Shown here: piece by piece, positions 8,396 to 16,606 of the stretch
How the letters are laid out: every line of letters begins with the position of its first letter
How positions within the stretch are numbered: the stretch's first letter is position 1
NCBI RefSeq assembly: GCF_900232105.1
Contig: NZ_LT934425.1
Coordinates: forward strand, 2,490,001 to 2,522,000
DNA length: 32,000 nucleotides
Origin: Candidatus Kuenenia stuttgartensis
GTDB taxonomy: Bacteria; Planctomycetota; Brocadiia; Brocadiales; Brocadiaceae
Reading direction: 5' to 3'
Notes under the pieces: model-generated
The model's input: only the letters and a program-made list of their open reading frames with translations
Database searches by the model: none
What the model was told of the DNA's origin: nothing
Made by a program: the position numbers and the translations under genes

Positions 8396-8625
8396 ACGAA
8401 TATCTGGAGACCTCCCTGCTGACCAAGTCTTCAGAAACAGCATTCTCTGAATGGGAAGATATTGAGGAAGACCTCTATCATTAAAACGGAAAAAATCACA
8501 GTAATTCACCAGTCCTTGGTTCGGAAAGAACTCGGTTCCCTCTCCTTTGAATTAATGCAACAAGTTAGAAAAATACTTCGTAAAACGCTGGAAATTGAAT
8601 AAAAGAGGCAGGGTAAGTATATCCC
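8396..8625 (+). pseudogene. Residual MazF-antitoxin 3' part fused to MazF C-terminal part (copy 2)
   Basis: 8396-8478 matches 4246-4328, then jumps to the equivalent of 4551-4674; the first two thirds of the toxin gene are missing. Confidence 0.8.
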
Positions 8626-8810
8626 GCAATCCGCAATCGTCTTAATGGCCTATTGATTTTTTGCTATGCGATGTCAAGATTAGATCCTGCTGTCCCATGA
8701 AAATGGGCAATTGCAACATGCCACAGTGCAACGACTCAAAAAGGCGCGTTTTGGCAAAATGGCTCTTTTTCAGCAGAATCAAGATTAAAGATCTGACCCC
8801 ATGACAGCCA

Positions 8811-9181
8811 TTGAGACAATGCAGAAAACCAAGAAAATGGCAATGTAATTAAATACTGAATTAGCAAATTTTTATTGTACAATGGCTTATCCTGTCTCGG
8901 AACTTTATGATATAGCCATAAAGGAGGGTTGGGATTTGCCAAAAGAATGGCATGGATATTCACAGCATTCTTATGAGACCATACCTTTACCGACAAAATA
9001 TATTAGCGCAAGGGGTGTTTTGAAATTTCGAGACGAGGCCTTTTGTAAATATTTCAAAAATGCAGCTTATATGATGGAAGGAAAATTTGGGAAAGAAGTT
9101 AAAGAACATATTCAGGAAATGACGAAGACGAGATTGAAAAGAAAAATTCTTGAAACAGGACGTTATCCTTTTTCTGAATAG
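8811..9181 (+). pseudogene. Partial copy (tail copy C) of the radical SAM gene 3' end
   Basis: ELYDIAIKEGWDLPKEWHGYSQHSYETIPLPTKYISARGVLKFRDEAFCKYFKNA... with in-frame stop before it. Confidence 0.9.
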
Positions 9182-9259
9182 GAATCGGCATGAAGTGCCT
9201 CTTTGCAGACGCTCGATTCAGTAGTATTTAAGGAATAAAATAATGAGCTGGAGGAGTAA

Positions 9260-9592
9260 ATGGATAAGGTAATATTCAATGACAACGAAGAGAAAGCTGT
9301 TTTGAAACTTAAAGAGGTTTTGACGGAAAGATTCAAGCTTCTGGACTTTCGGGTTTTTGGCTCAAAGGCACGTGGCGAAGCCTTGCCTGATTCCGATATC
9401 GATGTCATGATAAAAATTGATGAATATTCACCGGAAATTGAGTCGGCAATTGACGATCTTGTATATGAACTAAACCTCAGCTATGACTGTTTTATATCGG
9501 TTATCATCTTCAGCAAAAAAGAGATAGAAGAAGGTCCTATGAGTGAGTCACAGATATATAAGGCGATCGAAAGAGAGGGAATTAAGGTTTGA
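9260..9592 (+). CDS. MNT-domain nucleotidyltransferase (antitoxin-like)
   Basis: FGSKARGEALPDSDIDVMIKID, the minimal nucleotidyltransferase GSxxxG...DxD motif; overlaps the HEPN ORF. Confidence 0.85.
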   Translation: MDKVIFNDNEEKAVLKLKEVLTERFKLLDFRVFGSKARGEALPDSDIDVMIKIDEYSPEIESAIDDLVYELNLSYDCFISVIIFSKKEIEEGPMSESQIYKAIEREGIKV

Positions 9593-10020
9593 TTCCTGAT
9601 GATAAGAAAGATGCCCTCGCAAGATACAGGATAAAACAGGCAGAAGAAAGCCTTGCGGAGGCGAAGTTTCTCTTGGTAGGCAAGCAGAGTCCCCGCTCTG
9701 TGATCAATAGGTCATATTATTCAATGTTTTACGCTGTATCGGCTTTACTTGTGTATGAACAATACTCATCTTCAAAGCACAGTGGTGTTTTGAGTTATTT
9801 CAATAGACGTTTTGTAACAGGCGGTATTTTCAGTGAAAATCTCGGACGGTCTATAAACAAGGCATTTGAATTAAGACAGCGAGGAGACTATCGTGAGTAT
9901 TTTGAATTGACTTATGAACAGGTTGAACCTTATATTTCTGAGGCGGAAGTCTTTATAAATGCGGTGAAAAACTATTTACAGAAAATAACAAAACCCGCTG
10001 CTGAACAGAATGAACATTGA
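9589..10020 (+). CDS. HEPN-domain protein, partner of MNT
   Basis: RYRIKQAEESLAEAKFLLVGKQSPRSVINRSYYSMFYAVSALLVYEQYSSSKHSGVLSYF, HEPN-type; 4-nt overlap with the MNT gene; TTG start. Confidence 0.8.
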   Translation: MIPDDKKDALARYRIKQAEESLAEAKFLLVGKQSPRSVINRSYYSMFYAVSALLVYEQYSSSKHSGVLSYFNRRFVTGGIFSENLGRSINKAFELRQRGDYREYFELTYEQVEPYISEAEVFINAVKNYLQKITKPAAEQNEH

Positions 10021-10035
10021 AAGAGAGCGATTTTA

Positions 10036-10236
10036 GTGGGTGATCCACCTATTGAAATGCCAGTAGAATGGGATAAATATGTAGATGAACCATTAACAGA
10101 GAAGGAACTGGAAAGGTTGTGGCAGAGCGTAAACAGGCAATCGCCCTTTGGGGATATTATCTGGCAGCAAAAGGTATGCAAAGCATTATGGATTAGAATC
10201 GACCATAAGACCTGTGGAAAGGCCAAAGAAAAATGA
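10036..10236 (+). pseudogene. C-terminal remnant of RAYT / REP-associated transposase
   Basis: MPVEWDKYVDEPLTEKELERLWQSVNRQSPFGDIIWQQKVCKALWI... resembles RAYT C-terminal W..YVN.P.TE.EL..LR.SV.RG.PFG...W. Confidence 0.65.
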
Positions 10237-10273
10237 GGAAGGCAAGAAAAAGTAGCCTGTCCCCTTTCCCTGC

Positions 10274-10516
10274 CTTTCCCTTTCAAAAGAATGGCATGGA
10301 TATTCACAGCACTCTTATGAAACATTACCTTTACCAACAAAATATATTAGCGCAAGGGATGTTTTGAAATTTCGAGACGATGCCTTTCCTAAATATTTTG
10401 AAAATCCAGTTTATTTAAAAATGATAGACGAAAAGTTTGGGAAAAAAGTCAAAGAACATATTCAGGAAATGACAAAAACCAAATTAAAAAGGAAGTTAAT
10501 TGAAAACCAATTCTAA
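10274..10516 (+). pseudogene. Partial copy (tail copy D) of the radical SAM gene 3' end
   Basis: KEWHGYSQHSYETLPLPTKYISARDVLKFRDDAFPKYFENPVYLKMIDEKFGKKVKEHIQEMTKTKLKRKLIENQF; runs into the start of the HAD gene. Confidence 0.9.
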
Positions 10517-11021
10517 AAATAACCAAAAACATAGTTTGGTTTTAAAAAATATTCAGTTAATAGTATACGATTTTGATGGTGTTATGACAGACAATAAAGT
10601 TATCGTACGAGAAGATGGGCTTGAAAGTGTTGTTGTTAATCGGTCTGATGGTCTGGCAATAGAAATGATAAAGAGTAAGGGAATAAAACAAATTATATTG
10701 TCAAAAGAAAAAAATAGGGTTGTAGAAATGAGGGCAAAGAAGCTTGGTATTTCGGTCATTAAAGGCATAAACAACAAAAAAGAAACCCTTATTTCTTACT
10801 GCAAAGAAGAAAATATTCAACTCAATGGTGTGGTTTACATAGGAAATGATATAAATGACCTTGAGGCTATGAAGATGGTAGGTTATCCCATATGCCCTTT
10901 AGATGCATATGAAGAAGTGAGAGAAATATCAAAGATTATTCTTGATGTTCCAGGTGGAAATGGAGTGGTTAGAGATTTCTTAAAATATATAAAGATTGAT
11001 TGTAATCAAGGGGATACATAA
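10500..11021 (+). CDS. KdsC-like HAD-superfamily phosphatase
   Basis: IQLIVYDFDGVMTDNKVIVREDGLESVVVNRSDGLAIEMIKSKGI...VVYIGNDINDLEAMKMVGYPICPLDA; HAD motifs in KdsC-type context. Confidence 0.85.
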   Translation: MKTNSKNNQKHSLVLKNIQLIVYDFDGVMTDNKVIVREDGLESVVVNRSDGLAIEMIKSKGIKQIILSKEKNRVVEMRAKKLGISVIKGINNKKETLISYCKEENIQLNGVVYIGNDINDLEAMKMVGYPICPLDAYEEVREISKIILDVPGGNGVVRDFLKYIKIDCNQGDT

Positions 11022-11887
11022 TGAATACAAATCCGTATGTAAATGAAGAAAAGTTGCCATTTATAATTGCTGAAATAGGTATAAACCACAACGGCAGTGT
11101 GGAAATAGCCCAAAAGCTAATCGATGGGGCAGTCTTCGCGGGTTGCGATGCCGTAAAATTCCAAAAAAGAACAGTAGAAAAAGTATATTCAAAAGAAGAA
11201 CTCGATAAATATAGAGAAAGTCCTTGGGGAACTACAAATAGGGAACAAAAACTGGGTCTAGAATTTGGTAAAGATGAATATGATGAAATTGCTATGTATT
11301 GCAAGGAAAAGGGAATCTATTGGTTAGCATCAGCTTGGGATTTAGATAGTCAAAAGTTTTTAAGGCAGTACAATCTTAAATATAATAAGATTGCCTCTGC
11401 TCTGCTCACGTATAAAGAATTGTTGGAAATGGTTGCAGAAGAAAAAAAATATACGTTCATTTCTACAGGAATGAGCACCATGGAAGAAATAGAACGAGCT
11501 GTTAATATATTTAGAAAAAGAGATTGCCCTTTTGAGCTTATGCATTGTAATTCCACCTATCCTATGAAGGACGAAGATGCAAATCTCAGGATGATTCAAG
11601 TATTGCGTGAAAGGTTCAACTGTAAAGTTGGATATAGCGGTCATGAAGTAGGATTAATAGTATCCTGCGCTGCTGTAGTCTTCGGGGCAACTTCGATTGA
11701 GCGACATATAACACTTGATCACGCCATGTATGGTTCTGATCAGTCAGCCTCTGTTGAGGTAACGGGGTTCTGGAAATTAGTAAAATATATTAATGCGATT
11801 ACGTTGGCAATGGGAGACGGTATCAAAAAGGTAACCGAAGAAGAAAAAAAAGTTAAGGCTAAACTAAGAAAATATGAATGGGACTGA
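11021..11887 (+). CDS. N-acetylneuraminate synthase-family (NeuB-like) protein, short form
   Basis: FIIAEIGINHNGSVEIAQKLIDGAVFAGCDAVKFQKRT...STGMSTMEEI...LMHCNSTYP...VGYSGHEVG...ERHITLDHAMYGSDQSASVE. Confidence 0.9.
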   Translation: MNTNPYVNEEKLPFIIAEIGINHNGSVEIAQKLIDGAVFAGCDAVKFQKRTVEKVYSKEELDKYRESPWGTTNREQKLGLEFGKDEYDEIAMYCKEKGIYWLASAWDLDSQKFLRQYNLKYNKIASALLTYKELLEMVAEEKKYTFISTGMSTMEEIERAVNIFRKRDCPFELMHCNSTYPMKDEDANLRMIQVLRERFNCKVGYSGHEVGLIVSCAAVVFGATSIERHITLDHAMYGSDQSASVEVTGFWKLVKYINAITLAMGDGIKKVTEEEKKVKAKLRKYEWD

Positions 11888-11899
11888 TTCACATTAAAT

Positions 11900-12919
11900 A
11901 TGGAGACAAAACGTGTAGCGATTGCTGGTTGCGGCAATGTTTCGGGTGACATCGACAATGATGCTAAGAAGAGGCATATTTATGGCCATGTAAAGGCAAT
12001 CGGAATGGTAAAAAAACTTAAGCTCACGGCCTGTTGCGATATAAACGAAGGCCGGTTAACAGCATTTGCCCAGAAGTGGAAAATTTCACGTTCTTATCTG
12101 GATTTGCAAGAGATGCTGCGCAAAGAACCAATCGATATTCTCGTTATAGCAACTCCAACAAAAACTCATTATGAAAATGTCCTCTTGGCTTTGTCGAGCG
12201 ATGTTAAGGTGATATTTTGTGAGAAACCAATTGCATTCGATCTCTCGCAAGGTGTTGAACTGGTGAAGAAAGCGGAAGAATCTGGGAAATTGCTGGTTGT
12301 TAATTACATGCGGAGATGGGATGAATTTTATGCCGAATGTAAGAACTTGGTAGAAAGCGGGAAACTGGGGAGGATCGAGACAATCGTTGCTTATGTAGAT
12401 ACTGCTTTTTATATGAATTCAAACCATATGCTGGATATGCTCATTTATTTTGGTGGCGATGTCCTTTCATGTGTGGGGCATATTGACAGGATTAATAATA
12501 CCAGAGTTGTTCATGATGAAAAAGATTTTGGAGGCATTGCTTTTATCAAACACAAAAATGGTATTATCAGCTTTGTAAAAGCTACCGGCGAGTCACAGAG
12601 AAACCATTTTTTCGAACTTGATATTCAATGTACAAAGGGGAGGCTTAGGATATTGGATGATGATATGAGATATGAGGTGTATAAGTTCAGGGAGAGTCCT
12701 CAGCATAAAGGGTTGGATGAACTGGCCATTGACTATACCAAAGTTAATGATATTAAAAGTGAGCGGGTAGTTAATGCCTATCTCGATATCCTGGATTGTA
12801 TCGAAAACAAAAAGGAACCTAAAATTACTGCTAAAGAAGCACTGAAATCATTGGAGTTGATTAATTTAATCTATAAATCAAATTCTATAGGTCATTTACC
12901 AGTAAATTCATCGCTATAA
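11900..12919 (+). CDS. Gfo/Idh/MocA-family oxidoreductase
   Basis: VAIAGCGNVSGD...IDILVIATPTKTHYENVLLAL...VIFCEKPIAFDLSQGVELVKKAEESGKLLVVNYMRRW. Confidence 0.9.
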   Translation: METKRVAIAGCGNVSGDIDNDAKKRHIYGHVKAIGMVKKLKLTACCDINEGRLTAFAQKWKISRSYLDLQEMLRKEPIDILVIATPTKTHYENVLLALSSDVKVIFCEKPIAFDLSQGVELVKKAEESGKLLVVNYMRRWDEFYAECKNLVESGKLGRIETIVAYVDTAFYMNSNHMLDMLIYFGGDVLSCVGHIDRINNTRVVHDEKDFGGIAFIKHKNGIISFVKATGESQRNHFFELDIQCTKGRLRILDDDMRYEVYKFRESPQHKGLDELAIDYTKVNDIKSERVVNAYLDILDCIENKKEPKITAKEALKSLELINLIYKSNSIGHLPVNSSL

Positions 12920-12927
12920 GAAAGATT

Positions 12928-14322
12928 ATGAAAAATAATAGATTAGCTATTCATGGAGGAAAGCCGCTCAGAACAAGAGAGTTCAGGTCAAAACCCTTTA
13001 TTACAAAGGAAATGATAGATGGTGTCAAATCCTTAATGCGTGAAGGTAGACTGACAAGGTTTATTGGCTCTCCTGTACCGGGCACCCATGAAATTATCGG
13101 GCTTAAAAGCTCTGAAGTAGAGGGTCTTACCAATAGCGTTTCTTTTCTTGGTGGGGCAAGCGTGAGAAAACTTGAGAGTAAATGGTCGGGATTGCATAAG
13201 GTAGATTATTCTATATCAGTAAACTCGGCGACATCAGGGCTGACAGCAGCAATTATGGCCCTTAATATAGGGCCTGGAGATGAAGTTATGTGTTCTCCAT
13301 TTTCATTTACAGCCTCAGCGACTTCGATTGTTCTTGCCAATGCAATTCCTGTGTTTGCTGATATTGATTTAGATACGTTCTGCCTGTCTCCTGAGGCTGT
13401 TGAAAAGAGTATCACACAATCTACTAAGGCAATTATGCCCATCCATTGGAATGGTAATGCCGGGAATCTGGGTGCAATAATATCGATAGCAAAGAGAAAA
13501 GGGCTCAAGGTAATCGAAGACGCAGCACAGACACCTGGCATATTATATAAGGGCAAATTTCTTGGTACTTACGGTGATGCCGGAGTTTTCTCGCTCAATG
13601 AACCAAAGAATGTAATGACAGGCGAAGGAGGAATAATTGTTACCAATAGCAAAGAAATAGCTATAAAATGCAGGCTCATTAGAAATCACGGTGAGGCTGT
13701 TGTTAATGAAAACTCACCGGATGATCTGGTAGCCAATGCAATCGGCTACAATTTCAGGTTGGTCGAATTATTAGCTGAAATAGGCGTTGCACAGTTAGAT
13801 CATCTTAATAATTTGAATAAGATAAGAGAAGAAAATTATACCTATCTGGTCAAAAAGCTCATATCAGAATTCGGTGAATATCTCAAGCCTCAAAAAATTA
13901 CTCATCCGAAGTCTTATTCACCTTATACTGCGGGTTTCCGCTGGATGAGTAAAAAATCAAAAATACACAGGAATATAGTGGCGGATGTCCTTCGCGCAGA
14001 AGGAATACCGGTTGCAAGTGGAGTAGCAAGGCTCATGTCTGATAACCCGTTGTTCCAGCGGCAGCTAGCATATGGAAAAGACCATTGTCCTTTTTCGTGC
14101 CATTTGTATAAGAGAAGAGGAAAATATTCCATCCCTGACATGCCGAATGCAAGAAGACTGCAGGATGAAGAATATTTAGGTTTTTTCCAGGTAGGATGGC
14201 CAAATACGATTAAAGATATGAATGATATTGTTAAGGGATTTAGAAAGATTATGGCAAATAAAGACTCTTTATCCCGAATGCCTGTTTTATCAAAGGCGAA
14301 TATATTTACATCTGGGAGATAG
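12928..14322 (+). CDS. DegT/DnrJ/EryC1/StrS-family aminotransferase
   Basis: LAIHGGKPLR...SVNSATSGLTAAIMALNIGPGDEVMCSPFSFTASATSIVLANAIPVFADIDLDTFCLSPE...VIEDAAQ...LNEPKNVMTGEGG. Confidence 0.92.
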   Translation: MKNNRLAIHGGKPLRTREFRSKPFITKEMIDGVKSLMREGRLTRFIGSPVPGTHEIIGLKSSEVEGLTNSVSFLGGASVRKLESKWSGLHKVDYSISVNSATSGLTAAIMALNIGPGDEVMCSPFSFTASATSIVLANAIPVFADIDLDTFCLSPEAVEKSITQSTKAIMPIHWNGNAGNLGAIISIAKRKGLKVIEDAAQTPGILYKGKFLGTYGDAGVFSLNEPKNVMTGEGGIIVTNSKEIAIKCRLIRNHGEAVVNENSPDDLVANAIGYNFRLVELLAEIGVAQLDHLNNLNKIREENYTYLVKKLISEFGEYLKPQKITHPKSYSPYTAGFRWMSKKSKIHRNIVADVLRAEGIPVASGVARLMSDNPLFQRQLAYGKDHCPFSCHLYKRRGKYSIPDMPNARRLQDEEYLGFFQVGWPNTIKDMNDIVKGFRKIMANKDSLSRMPVLSKANIFTSGR

Positions 14323-14324
14323 AG

Positions 14325-15050
14325 ATGAAGAATGAGGTCTTGGTTGTAATCCCCGCCCGTGGAGGGTCGGTTCGTGTTCCGAAGAAAAACATAAAAATGC
14401 TTAACGGCAAACCATTAATTGCCTACGTTATCGAGGCTTCCAGAAATGCAAGGACTGTTAGCCGTATAATTGTTTCAACGGATGATGCTGAGATTAAAAA
14501 TGTCACAACTAATCTTGGGGCAGAGGTTCCTTTTAAAAGACCGGCAGATATCTCTGAAGATGTCCCTACAGAAGATGTGATTATACACGCTGTCAAGTGG
14601 CTTAATGAGAATGAGCGTTATTTTCCGGATATAGTTGTGACTCTGGAACCGCCATCACCTTTCAGAAAATCCGAACATATAGACAGATGCGTTAACAGTA
14701 TCATTGCTGATAAAACAATTGACTCAGCCGTTACAGTCTATTATGCCGGGGCAAACAGGCCTGAATGGATGGTATACGTGGATAAGGATAATTTAATCAG
14801 GCCATATACTGATTATTTTAAAAAACAGGGCGAGGCATTATTAAGATTTCCTGCCAGCCAGGAATTTGAAAAATTATATCAGGTTAGTGGTGTGGTTATC
14901 GCCTGCAGGACTGAGGTTCTCTTTAAATCCAAGAGTCTGGTTGGTAAAAAATGTGCCGCTGTTGAAATTGATCGAAATGAGACATTTGACCTGAACTACC
15001 AAGAAGATTTTGAGATATGCGAGATATTAATGAAAAAACGTTTTCAATAA
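14325..15050 (+). CDS. Acylneuraminate cytidylyltransferase-family (NeuA-like) protein
   Basis: VVIPARGGSVRVPKKNIKMLNGKPLIAYVIEASRNARTVSRIIVSTDDAEI...EVPFKRPADISED. Confidence 0.92.
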   Translation: MKNEVLVVIPARGGSVRVPKKNIKMLNGKPLIAYVIEASRNARTVSRIIVSTDDAEIKNVTTNLGAEVPFKRPADISEDVPTEDVIIHAVKWLNENERYFPDIVVTLEPPSPFRKSEHIDRCVNSIIADKTIDSAVTVYYAGANRPEWMVYVDKDNLIRPYTDYFKKQGEALLRFPASQEFEKLYQVSGVVIACRTEVLFKSKSLVGKKCAAVEIDRNETFDLNYQEDFEICEILMKKRFQ

Positions 15051-15077
15051 GTATTATTCATAAAAAAGGAGAGGGAT

Positions 15078-15779
15078 TTGCCTAATTATCTTGAAACCAA
15101 TTACTTTGAAGATGAATATGCTCAGGACAGGTATCCGCAGAAATTGTGCAATTTTTTGACCGAGTGTTACTTTAAAACGGGAGATTCTGGCAAGATTCTG
15201 CTGGACATAGGATCTGGGAAGGGCAACTATCTTGTTGGTTTTTCAAGAAATGGTATGATTGTAAAGGGTTTGGATAAGAGAAGAGAATGTATAAGGATAT
15301 TACCAGATTTTGATATCTGTGAATGTGACTTGGGAAAAGACCCATTCCCATTTGAAGATAATTATTTTGATTTTGTTTTCTCTAAATCTGTACTGGAGCA
15401 TGTATATAATACTGAAAATATAGTCAAAGAGACTTATCGAGTGTTAAAACCTGGGGGTATTACGGTACAGTTAACACCTGACTGGGCTACGGATTTTAAA
15501 TACTTCTGGGATGACCCTACCCATGTAAAACCTTTTACCAGAAAAGGTCTCAGACAGGCCTTTATACTCGGTGACTTTATAGAGGTCGAATGCAAGGAAT
15601 TTTACCAAATTCCTTTTTTATGGAGACATCCGGGTCTTGTTTTTATTACACGAATTATATCTTTACTGCCGAATTCTCTTAAGTGGAAAGATAAAGAAGA
15701 AAGAATTCAAAATGTTCTTATTCGTCACTCTAAAGAGCGTATGCTTCTTTTGAGTGCACAAAAGCCATCTCAGCGATGA
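15078..15779 (+). CDS. Class I SAM-dependent methyltransferase
   Basis: LLDIGSGKGNYLVGFSRNGMIVKGLDKR...FDFVFSKSVLEHVYNTENIVKETYRVLKPGGI. Confidence 0.88.
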   Translation: MPNYLETNYFEDEYAQDRYPQKLCNFLTECYFKTGDSGKILLDIGSGKGNYLVGFSRNGMIVKGLDKRRECIRILPDFDICECDLGKDPFPFEDNYFDFVFSKSVLEHVYNTENIVKETYRVLKPGGITVQLTPDWATDFKYFWDDPTHVKPFTRKGLRQAFILGDFIEVECKEFYQIPFLWRHPGLVFITRIISLLPNSLKWKDKEERIQNVLIRHSKERMLLLSAQKPSQR

Positions 15780-16600
15780 AAAATTCCGTGGGAATCATGC
15801 AGGGGAGATTATCCCCTCCAGTTGATGGGAGGATACAGGCGTTCCCTTGGGATTGCTGGGAACGGGAATTTTTTCAGGCTAAAGAAATTGGCTTAGATCT
15901 GATAGACTGGATTGTAGAAGCAGATAGACTTCATGAAAATCCAATTTTGACTAATCAGGGTAGTAAGACAATAAAGACACTTATGTCAAAGACCGGAATT
16001 CGCATTGGTGCAGTATGTGCTGATTATTTTATGGATTGCCCACTCCTGAGATGTTCTCCTTCTGAACTGAAAGAACGTTTGGAAGTACTTGATTTATTAA
16101 TTGTTCGTTTAAATAACCTTAATATTAAATATCTAGAAATACCATTTGTGGATAATTCCGCGATTAAAGATGCTGCAGAATTAGAGCAGATAAAGCAGGT
16201 TATCAAACCGACCCTTGAGAAGGCTTACCAACTCGGGGTAACTTTTGCATTTGAAACCTCACTTCCAGATGAAACATTTAAGGCCTTTTTGCTAAGTCTT
16301 AATCATCCTGCAGCAAGGGCAAATTACGATACAGGCAATAGTGCTTCCCTCGGCTATAACCCGAAGGAGGAATTAGAGGCTTACGGTAAGCTGGTAGTTA
16401 CAGTTCACATAAAAGACCGAATATTAAATGGAGGAACAGTGCCTTTGGGTCAGGGTAATACTGATTTTGCCACATGTTTTTTGACGCTAAGAGCTAAAAA
16501 ATATGCCGGGCCTTTTATACTCCAGGTAGCAAGATCTGGTGATGAGATCGAATCAGCCAAGGGAAATCTGGCGTTTGTAAGAAAGTATTTGAATGAGTGA
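15776..16600 (+). CDS. Sugar phosphate isomerase/epimerase (xylose isomerase-like TIM barrel)
   Basis: SVGIMQGRLSPP...EFFQAKEIGLDLIDWIVEADRL...NYDTGNSASLGYNPKEELEAYGKLVVTVHIKDR. Confidence 0.82.
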   Translation: MKNSVGIMQGRLSPPVDGRIQAFPWDCWEREFFQAKEIGLDLIDWIVEADRLHENPILTNQGSKTIKTLMSKTGIRIGAVCADYFMDCPLLRCSPSELKERLEVLDLLIVRLNNLNIKYLEIPFVDNSAIKDAAELEQIKQVIKPTLEKAYQLGVTFAFETSLPDETFKAFLLSLNHPAARANYDTGNSASLGYNPKEELEAYGKLVVTVHIKDRILNGGTVPLGQGNTDFATCFLTLRAKKYAGPFILQVARSGDEIESAKGNLAFVRKYLNE

Positions 16601-16606
16601 GGAACT

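Noticed and set aside
2892-10516. Possibility that the repeated tails are a CRISPR-like or integron-like array
   Set aside because: Repeats are ~240-350 bp fragments of a protein gene with kilobase intervals; no short regular repeats, no cas genes, no integrase and no attC-like structures were seen.
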